Source: an uncultured bacterium
GTDB taxonomy: Bacteria > Planctomycetota > UBA1135 > GCA-002686595
Assembly (NCBI GenBank): GCA_943787795.1
Contig: CALSNU010000006.1
Location: 384,001 to 448,000 of the forward strand
Length of the DNA: 64,000 nt
Direction of reading: 5' to 3'
A model generated the notes under the pieces. It was not told the origin of the DNA. It ran no database searches and saw only the letters and a program-made list of their open reading frames with translations. Each line of letters starts with the position of its first letter. The stretch's first letter is position 1. Positions 50,690 through 60,645 of the stretch are shown piece after piece. The position numbers were made by a program, and so were the translations under genes.

Positions 50690-53136
50690 CAGAACCGGAG
50701 GGTGTAGTTGAGCTTCACGGCGAGGGACTGATCAGAGGTCGTGAAGCTGGACTCGCTGAACGCCTTGTCGAACCCCATGAGCCCCACGACGAAGAGCTCC
50801 CGTCCGGGCTCGATGATCCAGCGCAGCCGGGTCTGCGAGGAGAGGTTCTTGCCCTCGGTGTCGTACTGCAGGAACGTGTTCCAGGACGTCATCGGGTTGA
50901 AGTTGAGGTCCGCGCGCCAGGTGTAGAGCTGAGTCCGGAAGTCCCCGCCGCCGTCCTCGAGCTCGATCTGTACGTCCTCGAAGGACATGCCAAGCCGGAC
51001 GTACGCGTTGGGGATATAGACCGGCTCGACGCTCATCCGGGTGATCCTCCCGCCGTAGTAGTCGCCCACCTCGAGGGACGACTCGAAGCCCGCGATACGC
51101 CGGTCATTGGACTCGAAGCGGAGCCTGAATCGGGTCTCGTCGTAGTCACCAGGAGCCACCTGGACATCCCCGCCCCCCAGCTCGAACGGGGTGTCGATCG
51201 TCTCCGCCTGCCGGATCACGCGCAGGGAGACCTCGTCCTGGCTCCAGAACTGAACACGCGCCAGGTCCAGGGGCACGCTCCAGCGATCCTCGTTGCCCAC
51301 CAGGTCTCGCTCGACGATGAGGTCCAGCCCGCTCTCGATCGTGCGGAAGAGGCTCGACTCATCCTCGAACCGCCAGGTGCGCTCCGCGCCCCCCTGGTAA
51401 CGGTCGACGCCCGCTCGACGCACGAAGCCCAGCGCGGGATCGAAGCCATCCTCGACCCGCTGCGCGCGGAAGTCCGTCTCCCAGCGGCTCGATCGACTCT
51501 GCGCTTGGACGCCGTAGGCGAGCCCCGAGGCCTCATCGGCGCCGCCGCTTCCCATGAGATAGGACCACAGGAAGCCGCTGTGCCCCTCACCAAACAGACG
51601 AGCCGAGCCCAGCCTCAGGTCCATGCCGGCGGTGTAGCGTCCCCCCTCACCGCTGGGGTCCCCGCTGGTTCCAATCAGGCCGACGCTCCGCCCATCCCCC
51701 AGCGCTCGCTGAAGCCTGAGGACGCCAAGGTTCTGAGGGTCCACCCCCGGGACCATGGGATCCATGCCAGAGGCCGGGACCGGGTCCACCGAGTCCACGT
51801 AGGTGTCGAGCGCCCCCACGGTCCAGTCGCCGAAGCGCCCGGTCACCTTCACCCCCGCCACGATGGGCACCGCCTCTCCGTCGTCGCTGCGGCCGACCTT
51901 GCGTGAGAAGAAGGGAATCGTGCTGCGGCTGTTGCCGGGGAGCCCGAATTCGAACGCGCCCGCGTCCTCGAGGAAGAAGTCACGGCGCTCCGGGAAGAAG
52001 AGCGGGAAGCGGCCCACGTTGACCTGGCGCGTGTCCACCTCGGTCTCGGCGAAGTCAGTGTTCGTGGTCACGAGCACCGTCGATGACGGAGTGGGCCGCC
52101 ACCGTAGGTCGAGGCCCATGTCGAACTCCGATCCGAAGGAGCGATCGCTCGACTCCCGCGTGGTGAGCCCCTTGACGTAGGGGATCACGTCCAGCCCAAG
52201 TCCCTGCTCGAGGCCCTCGATTCCGGTGAGCCGGCCGCCGTCGGAGATCTGGAAGAACGGGTAGGCCACCCGAGGCGAGGCCCACCGGCCCCGCTCGCCG
52301 TTCACCACGCGCTTGCGGCGCACGTTGAAGCCCCAGTGCGGCGCCGACGGGTCGAAGGAGAGCGTCTTCACCGGAATCGCGAGCTCCGCCACCCAGCCCC
52401 CGTCCGTCACCCGGGAGGCGCCGTACCAGATCCCATCCCAGTCCTTGTTGAAGGATGAGCCGTTGTCCGCGATCAGGGCGTCACCCAGCGACCCCCCCGG
52501 TGTGACCTGGAACCAGTACGCGAAGCGCTCCGACGCGAACGGGTCGAACCACAGCTCAACCACGTCGTCGTAGCGCACGAAGGCGTCGCGCTCCATCTGC
52601 CGGGCCCGCACGTCATCGGGGTCGTCGTGGCAGAAGATCCCGACATAGATGTTCTCGGCGTCGTAGGTCAGCAAGACATCGGTCCGGCGTGACATGGGCG
52701 CGCTCTCGATCGGTGCGGTCTGGGTCAGATCTCCCACGCGGACCGCCCGACTCCACAGGGGCTCGTCCAGCCGCGCGTCCACCTTGACCTGGCCTGTCGC
52801 CTCTAACCGCGGCACCCGAACCGAGGGACGGAGCGCGGCATCCTCCGGCTCCTGAGCCGCGGCGGCAGCTACGACGGCAGCGGGAGCGACTGCGAAAGGC
52901 CCCCCCGCTGAAGACCTCCCCGCTGCAGGCCCCCCCGCTGCAGGCCCCCCCGCTGCAATGGCAAGCGCCACCAGGGCAAGCCCCCAGAGACGCCGTGAGA
53001 GGGCCGCTGGAAGCCTCCACCCACACCGTGGCCACTGACGCTCCGGTCCGGCAGCGCGCGCGCGAGCGGTCGCGCCGGGGACCTCAGAGGCCCCACGCGG
53101 CCCGGAGGCTCGCGGTGTGAGGAGTTGGGACTGCAA
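50689..53136 (-). CDS. CBM9-like domain + DUF5916-type outer-membrane protein (start uncertain)
   Basis: VDARLDEPLW, YD-ENIYV, WDGIW, GWVAELAIP, NTDFAETEVD, FPLFFPERRDFFLE, FFSRKVG; ends KLNYTLRF. Confidence 0.75.
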   Translation of the reverse strand: MQSQLLTPRASGPRGASEVPGATARARAAGPERQWPRCGWRLPAALSRRLWGLALVALAIAAGGPAAGGPAAGRSSAGGPFAVAPAAVVAAAAAQEPEDAALRPSVRVPRLEATGQVKVDARLDEPLWSRAVRVGDLTQTAPIESAPMSRRTDVLLTYDAENIYVGIFCHDDPDDVRARQMERDAFVRYDDVVELWFDPFASERFAYWFQVTPGGSLGDALIADNGSSFNKDWDGIWYGASRVTDGGWVAELAIPVKTLSFDPSAPHWGFNVRRKRVVNGERGRWASPRVAYPFFQISDGGRLTGIEGLEQGLGLDVIPYVKGLTTRESSDRSFGSEFDMGLDLRWRPTPSSTVLVTTNTDFAETEVDTRQVNVGRFPLFFPERRDFFLEDAGAFEFGLPGNSRSTIPFFSRKVGRSDDGEAVPIVAGVKVTGRFGDWTVGALDTYVDSVDPVPASGMDPMVPGVDPQNLGVLRLQRALGDGRSVGLIGTSGDPSGEGGRYTAGMDLRLGSARLFGEGHSGFLWSYLMGSGGADEASGLAYGVQAQSRSSRWETDFRAQRVEDGFDPALGFVRRAGVDRYQGGAERTWRFEDESSLFRTIESGLDLIVERDLVGNEDRWSVPLDLARVQFWSQDEVSLRVIRQAETIDTPFELGGGDVQVAPGDYDETRFRLRFESNDRRIAGFESSLEVGDYYGGRITRMSVEPVYIPNAYVRLGMSFEDVQIELEDGGGDFRTQLYTWRADLNFNPMTSWNTFLQYDTEGKNLSSQTRLRWIIEPGRELFVVGLMGFDKAFSESSFTTSDQSLAVKLNYTLRF
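52897..52956 (-). repeat. 15-bp tandem repeat (4 copies) encoding AAGGP-like units
   Basis: aggcccccccgctga agacctccccgctgc aggcccccccgctgc x2. Confidence 0.85.
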
Positions 53137-53262
53137 GGCTGGCTGGGGGGGCGCGGCCGGCCGCGGGACCCTTCGTGGGCGGGCTCTGGAGCGGCTCGGT
53201 GCGCAGCAGCCTAGCTCCCCGGCGCTGCCCCATACACCGCCCCACAGAATCCGAACGCTAAC

Positions 53263-54720
53263 TCACCGGGCGCTGGACTCGCGGAGCGCGCGGACGAGGG
53301 AGAGTGTCCCGGGAACACACATCTCTCCGCCCAGCTTCATGCGTGGCTCGACGTTCGTGAAGACCAGACCACAGGGCGCCTGCCGGTCGAGCCGCCGCTC
53401 GTGAATCAACGTCGCGCCCTCGTCCAGAACCCGCCGCCTCCCGGCTGCGAGGTCCCGGAGCGCCCGCGACCCGCGGTCTCGCTGCACCCACGGGGGCGGC
53501 GCGAACCAGGGGTCCTCGTCCGTCTCCTCAAGGGTCTCGAGCAGGCAGGCCGTGAAGGCCGAGAACAGGTCGGGCCGCACCAGGACGCTCGTCGCCGCGT
53601 CACTGGCGAAGCCCCCGAGGGCGCCGCGACCAAAGGCCTGCTCCACCGCCAGCTCGGCCGCCTCTGCGACGTCCGCCTCGGGCAGCGACGCCTCGCCCTC
53701 GCGGTCGGCCTCCACGCCGAGGTAGAGCCGTCGGGCCAGCCGAGGGCGCACGAGGATAGGAGCCGGCGGGCGGTCGACGGCTCCGAGGCCGAACCAGGGA
53801 TCACCCCCGCCAGCAGCGGCTTCCGGAGCGGCTTCCGGAGCGTCTCCCGGCCGCCCCCCGACTCCGGCGTGCTCCTCCAGGCTCGCCTGACGCTGCGCCG
53901 ATCCCTCGCTCTCGGCCGCGAGCCTCCGGAGCCTGCGCAACCGATCCAGGGTCAGCCCCTCCACGGGGTCAAGGTCGATGAGGTCCATCGCCACCATCGG
54001 ACGAGCCGCGGCCTCCCGTAGCGCCTCCCCCCCGGCGCGAGCGAAGGCCGCGAGCCGCCACGGCTCAAGGCCTGCGTCCAGCAGGGCGGCCACGAGGTGA
54101 GGACCCAGGTCCGGGAGTTCGGGGTGCCCGATCAAGGCCACACGCGGAGCCGACGCGAGGCCGCTCAGCACGCGGGCCCCCAGGTGAGCGAAGGGCTCCG
54201 AGGGCTGAATGGCCACGGCGACCGCGTCCACCGCCGGAGAGCTCACCGAAGATCCCACCGAAGATTCCACCCGGGAGGCCCCCCGAGAGCCCACCGACCG
54301 GAGGGCGCCGAGCGCGGCCGAGACCGCCTCCGCCGTTGGCGAGAAGCGCGCGTCCGAGGAGGCTGGCCCCATGGCGGCCTCCAGGCCACCCAGCAAATTC
54401 GGACCGGCCAGAGCCCTGGCCACAGGTTCGCTCAGGGCCCGCGCCCCGCCCAGCCCCATGGGCTCGCCCCCCTCCCCGTCGAGGAAACCCAACAGGTCGG
54501 GACCGCCGACGGGCGCGGCTGCAGCAGCGGGCTCGCCAGCAGGGGAGCGCTCCAGGGGGGCGCCTTGGCGGCGACGGACATCCGGGTCGCCCGGGCGCTG
54601 CGGCTCGGCTTCGCCGCCGGCCCGACTCACGCCCCGCTCCACGTCCCGGCCCAGGCCCTTGACTCCGGCGCCGAAGGGCAGCGGCGCCTCAGCTCCGCGG
54701 TGTCGTGCATCGGTACTCAT
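53263..54720 (-). CDS. Degenerate aldehyde-dehydrogenase-fold protein (probable pseudo-enzyme)
   Basis: AF-x-GG..ATSVLV and LVFTNVEPRM resemble the ALDH catalytic domain, but there is no catalytic Cys, ELGG or FTGS. Confidence 0.5.
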   Translation of the reverse strand: MSTDARHRGAEAPLPFGAGVKGLGRDVERGVSRAGGEAEPQRPGDPDVRRRQGAPLERSPAGEPAAAAAPVGGPDLLGFLDGEGGEPMGLGGARALSEPVARALAGPNLLGGLEAAMGPASSDARFSPTAEAVSAALGALRSVGSRGASRVESSVGSSVSSPAVDAVAVAIQPSEPFAHLGARVLSGLASAPRVALIGHPELPDLGPHLVAALLDAGLEPWRLAAFARAGGEALREAAARPMVAMDLIDLDPVEGLTLDRLRRLRRLAAESEGSAQRQASLEEHAGVGGRPGDAPEAAPEAAAGGGDPWFGLGAVDRPPAPILVRPRLARRLYLGVEADREGEASLPEADVAEAAELAVEQAFGRGALGGFASDAATSVLVRPDLFSAFTACLLETLEETDEDPWFAPPPWVQRDRGSRALRDLAAGRRRVLDEGATLIHERRLDRQAPCGLVFTNVEPRMKLGGEMCVPGTLSLVRALRESSAR

Positions 54721-54953
54721 CGGTCGCTCCTGTGGCAGGGATGGACGCCCCAGCCGCGGGGAGATTCTGCCTGAGGCCCGGCTGAATCCACCTGGGCCGG
54801 GCAAAAATCCCCGCGCTCGACAGGCAACCTGCCGGCCATGGAGAAGCCGCGACCCCGGAGCGGTTATCTTCCCTTCAGCCGGCCCCTTCCCGGGACCCGG
54901 CCGCTGGACGCCGCCGTCCCTGAACCGGGCAGACGGAATGCCGCCCCCCCCTC

Positions 54954-55412
54954 ATGACCCCCCGCCTCCGCTTCCCCCGTTGCTTTCGGATCCGATCCGG
55001 AGCCGATTTCGGTCGGGCCTACCGCAAGGGGCGCCGGGCGCGCGGTTCGATCCTCCTTGTGGTGGGAGCTGACAGCGGACGGAACCACCCGCGCCTGGGC
55101 CTCTCGGTCGGCAAGAAGGTCTGGAAGCATGCGGTCAAGCGGAACCGAGTCCGTCGGGTCTTCCGCGAGGCCTTCCGCCTGACCGCTCCCGAGCTCCCCC
55201 CGCTCGACCTCGTCCTCATCCCAGCCGAGCCGCGCCTGGTTCCGACCACGGCGGAGACCGCGGCGGAGCTGCGCCGCTTGGCACGGAAGGTGGCCCGACG
55301 GCTGGAGGAGGCCGAGGCTGCGGGCAAGGACAGGGGTGCGGGGAAGGACAGGGTTGCGGGGAAGGACGGGGCTGCGGGGAAGGGCGGGGCCGCGAAGGAG
55401 GACAGGTCATGA
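54954..55412 (+). CDS. rnpA: Ribonuclease P protein component
   Basis: RLGLSVGKK and [16 protein letters not shown]. Confidence 0.92.
   Translation: MTPRLRFPRCFRIRSGADFGRAYRKGRRARGSILLVVGADSGRNHPRLGLSVGKKVWKHAVKRNRVRRVFREAFRLTAPELPPLDLVLIPAEPRLVPTTAETAAELRRLARKVARRLEEAEAAGKDRGAGKDRVAGKDGAAGKGGAAKEDRS
55320..55409 (+). repeat. 18-bp tandem repeat (5 copies, AGKDRG-like) forming the RnpA C-terminal tail
   Basis: gcgggcaaggacaggggt gcggggaaggacagggtt gcggggaaggacggggct gcggggaagggcggggcc gcgaaggaggacaggtca. Confidence 0.85.
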
Positions 55413-55750
55413 GCGGCCCGGAGCCGCACCACGTGGCGAGCTCTCGCCCGCTGGAGCACCGCGCCTCGACGGAGGACCCCGGCCCGCGGCATCCGATCCA
55501 ACGCGCCCTCGCCGCCCCATTCTCCCTCGTGATCGGCTTTTACCGACGCTTCATCTCTCCGCTCAAGCCTCCCATGTGCCGCTTCGAGCCCTCCTGCAGC
55601 GCCTATGCGGAGGAGGCCCTGCGGGTCCACATCTTGCCCCGTGCGCTGCTCCTGACGATCTGGCGACTGCTGCGCTGCCAACCCTTGTGCCGCGGGGGGT
55701 ACGATCCCGTACCGCCCAGGCGCCGGCCCCCCCCCACGGAGACCCCTTGA
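55409..55750 (+). CDS. yidD: Membrane protein insertion efficiency factor YidD
   Basis: [24 protein letters not shown] and GGYDPVP. Confidence 0.92.
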   Translation: MSGPEPHHVASSRPLEHRASTEDPGPRHPIQRALAAPFSLVIGFYRRFISPLKPPMCRFEPSCSAYAEEALRVHILPRALLLTIWRLLRCQPLCRGGYDPVPPRRRPPPTETP

Positions 55751-55797
55751 CCCCTTCCGTGCATCAGCCCAGCCTCCTATCACCGCGTATCGCTCCC

Positions 55798-56955
55798 ATG
55801 ACCTTGTCTGCCCGCAGCCCCCTCCGCCTCCTCAGCGTCACGGGCATCCTGCTCACCGCCACGGCCCTCTCCGCCTGCAGCTCCACCGGAGATGCCCCCG
55901 CGGAGAGCGCCCCCTTGATGGAGCCGCCGGTCCCCGGAGCCGTCCTCGCCAACGATCTCATCCAGCCGGGCGAGACCCGCTTCAAGAACCTGTGGCGCCT
56001 GACCTTCGGGGGACAGAACGCCGAGGCGTACTGGAACTACGCGGATGACGGTCTCTCGCTCCAGCTCCGCGAGTCCAACGCGCGCGACGACTGCGACCAG
56101 ATCTTCGTCACGTCGCCGAGCGGTGACCTCCGCCAGGTCTCCACCGGGAGAGGCGTGACCACCTGCGCCTTCTACATGCCCGACGACCAGCACGTGCTCT
56201 ACGCCTCCACTCAGTCCGGCCACGTGGGGTGCCCGATCAAGCCCCAGAGCGAGGGCTACACCTGGATGCTCTGGCCGGACTACGAGATCTACGTCACGGA
56301 CCTGAAGACCGGGGAGGAGAAGACTCTGATCAGTGAGTACGGCTACGACGCCGAGGCCACGGTCTCGCCGCTGGGCGACCGGATCGTCTTCACCTCGACC
56401 CGCAGCGGGGATCTGGAGCTGTGGACCTGCGACCTGGAAGGCGAGGACCTGGTCCAGGTCACCGACGCTCCCGGATACGACGGCGGCGCGTTCTTCAGCC
56501 ACAGCGGCGAGCGGCTGGTATTCCGTGCCACCGCCTGGACGCCCGGCAACGAGGCTGAGGAGCAGCAGCGCTACCGTGAGGACCTGGACCGCTGGCAGGT
56601 CCGGCCCAACAGCATGGAGATCTTCACGGTCGCCACCGATGGAACCGATCGGCAGCAGGTCACCACGCTCGGGGGCGCCAACTTCGCGCCGTATTTCACC
56701 CCCGACGATCAGCAGATCATCTTCGCCACGAACCACCACGACACCAAGACGCCGAGCGTCAACTTCGACATCTTCCTCTGCGACCTCGATGGCGGCGGTC
56801 TCGAGCAGGTGACCCACTTCGACGGCCCCCCGGGGAAGAAGTTCGACGGCTTCCCGATGTTCAGCAGGGACGGCCGCTACCTCGCCTTCGCCAGCAATCG
56901 GGGCGCGGGCGCGCCCGGCGACACCGACGTCTTTATCGCAGAATGGGCCGACTGA
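55798..56955 (+). CDS. TolB-like PD40 beta-propeller lipoprotein
   Basis: LSAC lipobox; NAEAYW, GYDAEATVSP, GYDGGAFFS, ANFAPYF and FDGFPMFS. Confidence 0.85.
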   Translation: MTLSARSPLRLLSVTGILLTATALSACSSTGDAPAESAPLMEPPVPGAVLANDLIQPGETRFKNLWRLTFGGQNAEAYWNYADDGLSLQLRESNARDDCDQIFVTSPSGDLRQVSTGRGVTTCAFYMPDDQHVLYASTQSGHVGCPIKPQSEGYTWMLWPDYEIYVTDLKTGEEKTLISEYGYDAEATVSPLGDRIVFTSTRSGDLELWTCDLEGEDLVQVTDAPGYDGGAFFSHSGERLVFRATAWTPGNEAEEQQRYREDLDRWQVRPNSMEIFTVATDGTDRQQVTTLGGANFAPYFTPDDQQIIFATNHHDTKTPSVNFDIFLCDLDGGGLEQVTHFDGPPGKKFDGFPMFSRDGRYLAFASNRGAGAPGDTDVFIAEWAD

Positions 56956-58124
56956 ATCAGGACGGAGAGGGCGCCGAAGATCTGGCTCCCGACAGCATCA
57001 GTTCGGACGACCGGGCCGCCACGTACGGCGCGGCCCTGGGCCAGTTGTTCGACGCGACCTGCGTCATTGACCCGAGCCTGACGGTCCTGGAGTGTGACCC
57101 CGGCTTCCTGCGCCTCGTCGCGAGGCCAGAGGGGAGTGTGGTTGGGCGGGCGATTCCGGAGTTTCACCTGACGGGCAGCCTCGATGGGGAGCCGGTCACC
57201 CTGCGCCACGTGGCACGCCTCGGGTCATGGCGCGGCCACGCGACCCTCGCCCGAGACGATGGATCCACCGTCTCGGTGGACACCCTGCTGATCAAGAGCA
57301 GCGGCGAGCTGCCGAGGCTCCATCTCTTCCTCAGGGACCTGAGCGGCCCCCTCTCCGGCCAGGTCGGCGAGGTGGATCACCAGCACGCCCTCGCCCAGGT
57401 CGGACGCCTCTCGGCCCTGGCGGAGATGACCTCCGGCATCGCCCACGAGATGAACCAGCCGCTGGCGGCCATCGTGAACTACGCCAACGGCTGCGTCAGC
57501 CTCATCAAGCAGGAGCGCGCCGAGGCGGACGTCCTGATCCGCGCGCTCACGTCGATCGCTGACCAGAGTCGACGCGCGGCTGAGATCATCCGACGCATGC
57601 GCGCCTTCGCGCGCCGCTCCGACGGACAGCGCGAGCCCGTGCGCCTCACGGAGCTCCTCAAGGAGGCCCTGGAGCTCTCCGGCTCCCAGCGCAGGCGAGT
57701 GGGGATCGAGGTTCAGTGTGAATTCAATGCGGCCAGAGACGAGATCCTCGCGGACGGGATCCAGATCGAGCAGGTGATCCTGCACCTGATCCGAAACTCG
57801 TCTGACTCCCTGGCCGCCATGCCCGCCGAGACGCCCCGGATCATCCGGATCACGACCCGCGAGATCCCCGCCACCGAGACCGAAGGGCAGCTGATCGAGA
57901 CCACCATCACCGACAGCGGTCCCCCGATCCCGGAGGAGCACGAGGTGCGACTTTTTGCCCCGTTTGAGACCACCCGCGAGAACGGCCTCGGGCTAGGTCT
58001 CTTGATCAGCCGATCCGTGGTCGAGGCCCATGGGGGCCGTCTCAACTACCTCGGCTCCTCAAAAACCCCGCCGGGGGGGCCGTCTTTTTGCTTCACCATT
58101 CCGTTCCGAGCGGCTCCAATCTAG
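56943..58124 (+). CDS. PAS-domain sensor histidine kinase (FixL/TtrS-like)
   Basis: GIAHEMNQPL H-box, LIRN, DSG, FETT, GLGLGL and HGG. Confidence 0.88.
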   Translation: MGRLNQDGEGAEDLAPDSISSDDRAATYGAALGQLFDATCVIDPSLTVLECDPGFLRLVARPEGSVVGRAIPEFHLTGSLDGEPVTLRHVARLGSWRGHATLARDDGSTVSVDTLLIKSSGELPRLHLFLRDLSGPLSGQVGEVDHQHALAQVGRLSALAEMTSGIAHEMNQPLAAIVNYANGCVSLIKQERAEADVLIRALTSIADQSRRAAEIIRRMRAFARRSDGQREPVRLTELLKEALELSGSQRRRVGIEVQCEFNAARDEILADGIQIEQVILHLIRNSSDSLAAMPAETPRIIRITTREIPATETEGQLIETTITDSGPPIPEEHEVRLFAPFETTRENGLGLGLLISRSVVEAHGGRLNYLGSSKTPPGGPSFCFTIPFRAAPI

Positions 58125-58126
58125 CC

Positions 58127-58759
58127 ATGAGCGATCATCCCACGGTCTTCATCGTCGACGACGACCCCGCCATGCGTGACTCCCTGGGCTTCCTGATCGG
58201 CAGCGTCGGGCGCAGCGCCGAGACCTACGCGTCCGCGGAAGATTTCCTGGCGGCCTACGACAATGAGCGCCCGGGCTGCATCGTGCTCGATGTGCGAATG
58301 CCTGGCCTCTCAGGCCTGGAATTGATGGAAAAGCTCAACGAGGACCGGTTTGCGCCGCCCGTTGTGCTCGTCACCGGGCACGGGGATATTCCTATGGCCG
58401 TGCGAGCGCTGAAGGCCGGTGCCTTCGACTTCATCGAGAAGCCGTTCAGCGACCAGGTCCTCCTCGAGCGGATTCAGCAGGCGCTGCAGCAGGACACCTC
58501 GGAGCGCTCAGGAGAGCGCGACCGCGCCGAGATCGAGCGCAAGGCGGCCCGCCTCACCGCGCGGGAGACCCAGGTGTTCGAGCTCGTCGTCGCCGGCAAG
58601 CCCAACAAGGTCGTCGCCAGCGACCTCGGGCTCAGCCAGAAGACGGTCGAGGTCCATCGGGCCCACGTCATGGAGAAGATGCGCGCCGAGAGCTTCGCTG
58701 ACCTCGTCAAGATGGCCGTGACCCTGGAGGTCACAGGGCCTCCGCGGACGATTGAGTGA
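58127..58759 (+). CDS. FixJ/LuxR-family response regulator
   Basis: VDDD, LDVRMPG, TGHGD, FIEKP, LTARE..V and KTVEVHRA. Confidence 0.92.
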   Translation: MSDHPTVFIVDDDPAMRDSLGFLIGSVGRSAETYASAEDFLAAYDNERPGCIVLDVRMPGLSGLELMEKLNEDRFAPPVVLVTGHGDIPMAVRALKAGAFDFIEKPFSDQVLLERIQQALQQDTSERSGERDRAEIERKAARLTARETQVFELVVAGKPNKVVASDLGLSQKTVEVHRAHVMEKMRAESFADLVKMAVTLEVTGPPRTIE

Positions 58760-58783
58760 GCGGTCCCCTGGGTCGCGCCGCTC

Positions 58784-59563
58784 GTGAGGCTCCGCGTCCT
58801 CGCAAGCGGTAGCCGCGGCAACTCCTCGCTCCTCTGGGCCGGGGATCAGCTGCTGATGCTGGATGCCGGCCTCGCGGTGACCGCCATGACCGAGCGGCTG
58901 GTGGATTCCCGGGTCGGGCTGAAGTCCATCGATCACGTGGTGGTCACCCATGGGCACCTCGATCACAGCCGCACGGCGGGCATCGTGGCCAAACGACACG
59001 GCGCCCTGCTCCACGCTCCCGCGGAGATCCTCGAGCATCGTGCGATCAAGCGCGCGCCGAACCGCCAGGCCCTCCCCATCGGCGCCGAGTGCTATCTGGG
59101 GCCGCCTGAGTGCGGCGTGTCCTTCAGGGCCACCATCGTGCCCCACGACTGCCACCCGACCCTCGCGCTCCGCATCGAACACGGGGGTCGCGCGTTGGCG
59201 CTGCTGACCGACTGCGGGGAACCCCGTGAGGAGCCGGCCCGCGCGCTCAGCGACACCGAGGTCCTGCTCCTCGAGGCGAACCATGACGTGGACCTGCTGC
59301 GCGCTGGCCCCTATCCACAGTCTCTGAAGGACAGGGTGCTCGGGCCCGGCGGACACCTCTCCAACGACCAGATGGCGGTGATGCTCCGGCGCCTCGCTGG
59401 ACCCCGCCTGCATACGGTGGTGCTCCTGCATCTCTCGGCCCAGAACAACCGACCGGACCTCGCGGCTGAGGCCGCGCGGCAGACGCTGGAGCAGCTGGGC
59501 CGCACCGACGTCCGCGTGGTCTGCGCCGAACAGGATCGCCCCCTCGAGACCATCGATGTTTGA
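58784..59563 (+). CDS. MBL-fold metallo-hydrolase (YycJ/WalJ-like)
   Basis: LASGSRGN, THGHLDH, PHD, EANHD, GHLSN and HLS. Confidence 0.88.
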   Translation: MRLRVLASGSRGNSSLLWAGDQLLMLDAGLAVTAMTERLVDSRVGLKSIDHVVVTHGHLDHSRTAGIVAKRHGALLHAPAEILEHRAIKRAPNRQALPIGAECYLGPPECGVSFRATIVPHDCHPTLALRIEHGGRALALLTDCGEPREEPARALSDTEVLLLEANHDVDLLRAGPYPQSLKDRVLGPGGHLSNDQMAVMLRRLAGPRLHTVVLLHLSAQNNRPDLAAEAARQTLEQLGRTDVRVVCAEQDRPLETIDV

Positions 59564-59568
59564 CTGGC

Positions 59569-60324
59569 ATGCCCGAAGCTGACTCTGGGGCTGACCCCGT
59601 CCTCGACGTGATGCGTCGCCACCGCTCCGTACGGGACTTCAAACCTGGGCAGCCGGTCCCCGAGGAGGTCACGGAACGCGCCGTCGAGGCCGCCCAGTGC
59701 GCCGCGACCTCGAGCTGGATCCAGGCCTACCACCTCCTCGAGGTGATCGACGCCGACGAGCGCGCCGAGCTCGCCAGCCTCGCCGGGGGCCAGCGTCAGG
59801 TCGCGGACGCCGGCGCCCTGTTCGTGATCTCGGGAGACACCCGACGGCACCGGCTCGTGGCCGCCCGCGAGGGGCAGCCTTACGTCAACTCCGCCGAGCT
59901 GTTCGTCCTCGCCACCGTCGATGCGAGCCTCTTCGCGCAGAACCTCACCCTCGCCTTCGAGTCCATGGGCTACGGCACCTGCTACATCGGGGGGCTCCGG
60001 AACGACCTCGCCGCCGTCGACCGGCTCCTTGAGCTACCCGATGGGATCTTCCCGCTCTTCGGCCTCTGCGTCGGCGTCCCCGCCAGTGACCCGGGCACCC
60101 GACCGCGCATGCCTGCGCGCGATATCTGGAGCCGGGGCCGCTACCCCACGGACGAGGAGCTCATGGGGCAGGTGGACGCCTTCGACGAGGCCGCGGCGTC
60201 GTACTACGCGGGGCGAGGCGCAGCAGGCCGAGACTGGAGCGGCGGTATCTGGCGCAAGTTCTCCCGCCCCATGCGCACCGCGCTTCGCGGCTTCTACGAC
60301 TCCAAGGGCGCCTCCTTCGACTGA
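59569..60324 (+). CDS. NfsA/Frp-type NADPH-dependent nitroreductase
   Basis: HRSVRDF, AATSS, ESMGYGTCYIGGLRN and RPRMP. Confidence 0.88.
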   Translation: MPEADSGADPVLDVMRRHRSVRDFKPGQPVPEEVTERAVEAAQCAATSSWIQAYHLLEVIDADERAELASLAGGQRQVADAGALFVISGDTRRHRLVAAREGQPYVNSAELFVLATVDASLFAQNLTLAFESMGYGTCYIGGLRNDLAAVDRLLELPDGIFPLFGLCVGVPASDPGTRPRMPARDIWSRGRYPTDEELMGQVDAFDEAAASYYAGRGAAGRDWSGGIWRKFSRPMRTALRGFYDSKGASFD

Positions 60325-60482
60325 GCCTCAGGCGCTCCCGGGACTCGCGGGGCGATGCCCTTGCGCTCGCGCCGCTGCGGTGCGGCTTGGCCCCCCAGGG
60401 CAGCCCCCCCCCAAGGGGCTCGATCGCCGCCTCGCGGAAGAGCCCGTGGCGGTCTCCCGTGAGCCACGCTTGCAGAGTCGCG

Positions 60483-60645
60483 GGAGCCCCCCGTCGCAGA
60501 CTAGATGGAGCCCCCCGTCGCAGACTAGATGGAGCCTCAGTCGCAGACTAGATGGAGCCTCAGTCGCAGACACGACGGGGCCTCAGCCGCAGACCCGACG
60601 GACCCTCAGTCGAGGTGTCGCCGCAGTCTCAGTCGCGGCCCGCGG
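60483..60645. repeat. 23-24-bp polarised tandem repeat (7 units) abutting the GT2 stop codon
   Basis: ggagccccccgtcgcagactagat x2, ggagcctcagtcgcagactagat, then progressively diverging units. Confidence 0.9.

Noticed and set aside
60483..60645. CRISPR array
   Set aside because: Units are contiguous with no unique spacers, and there are no cas genes
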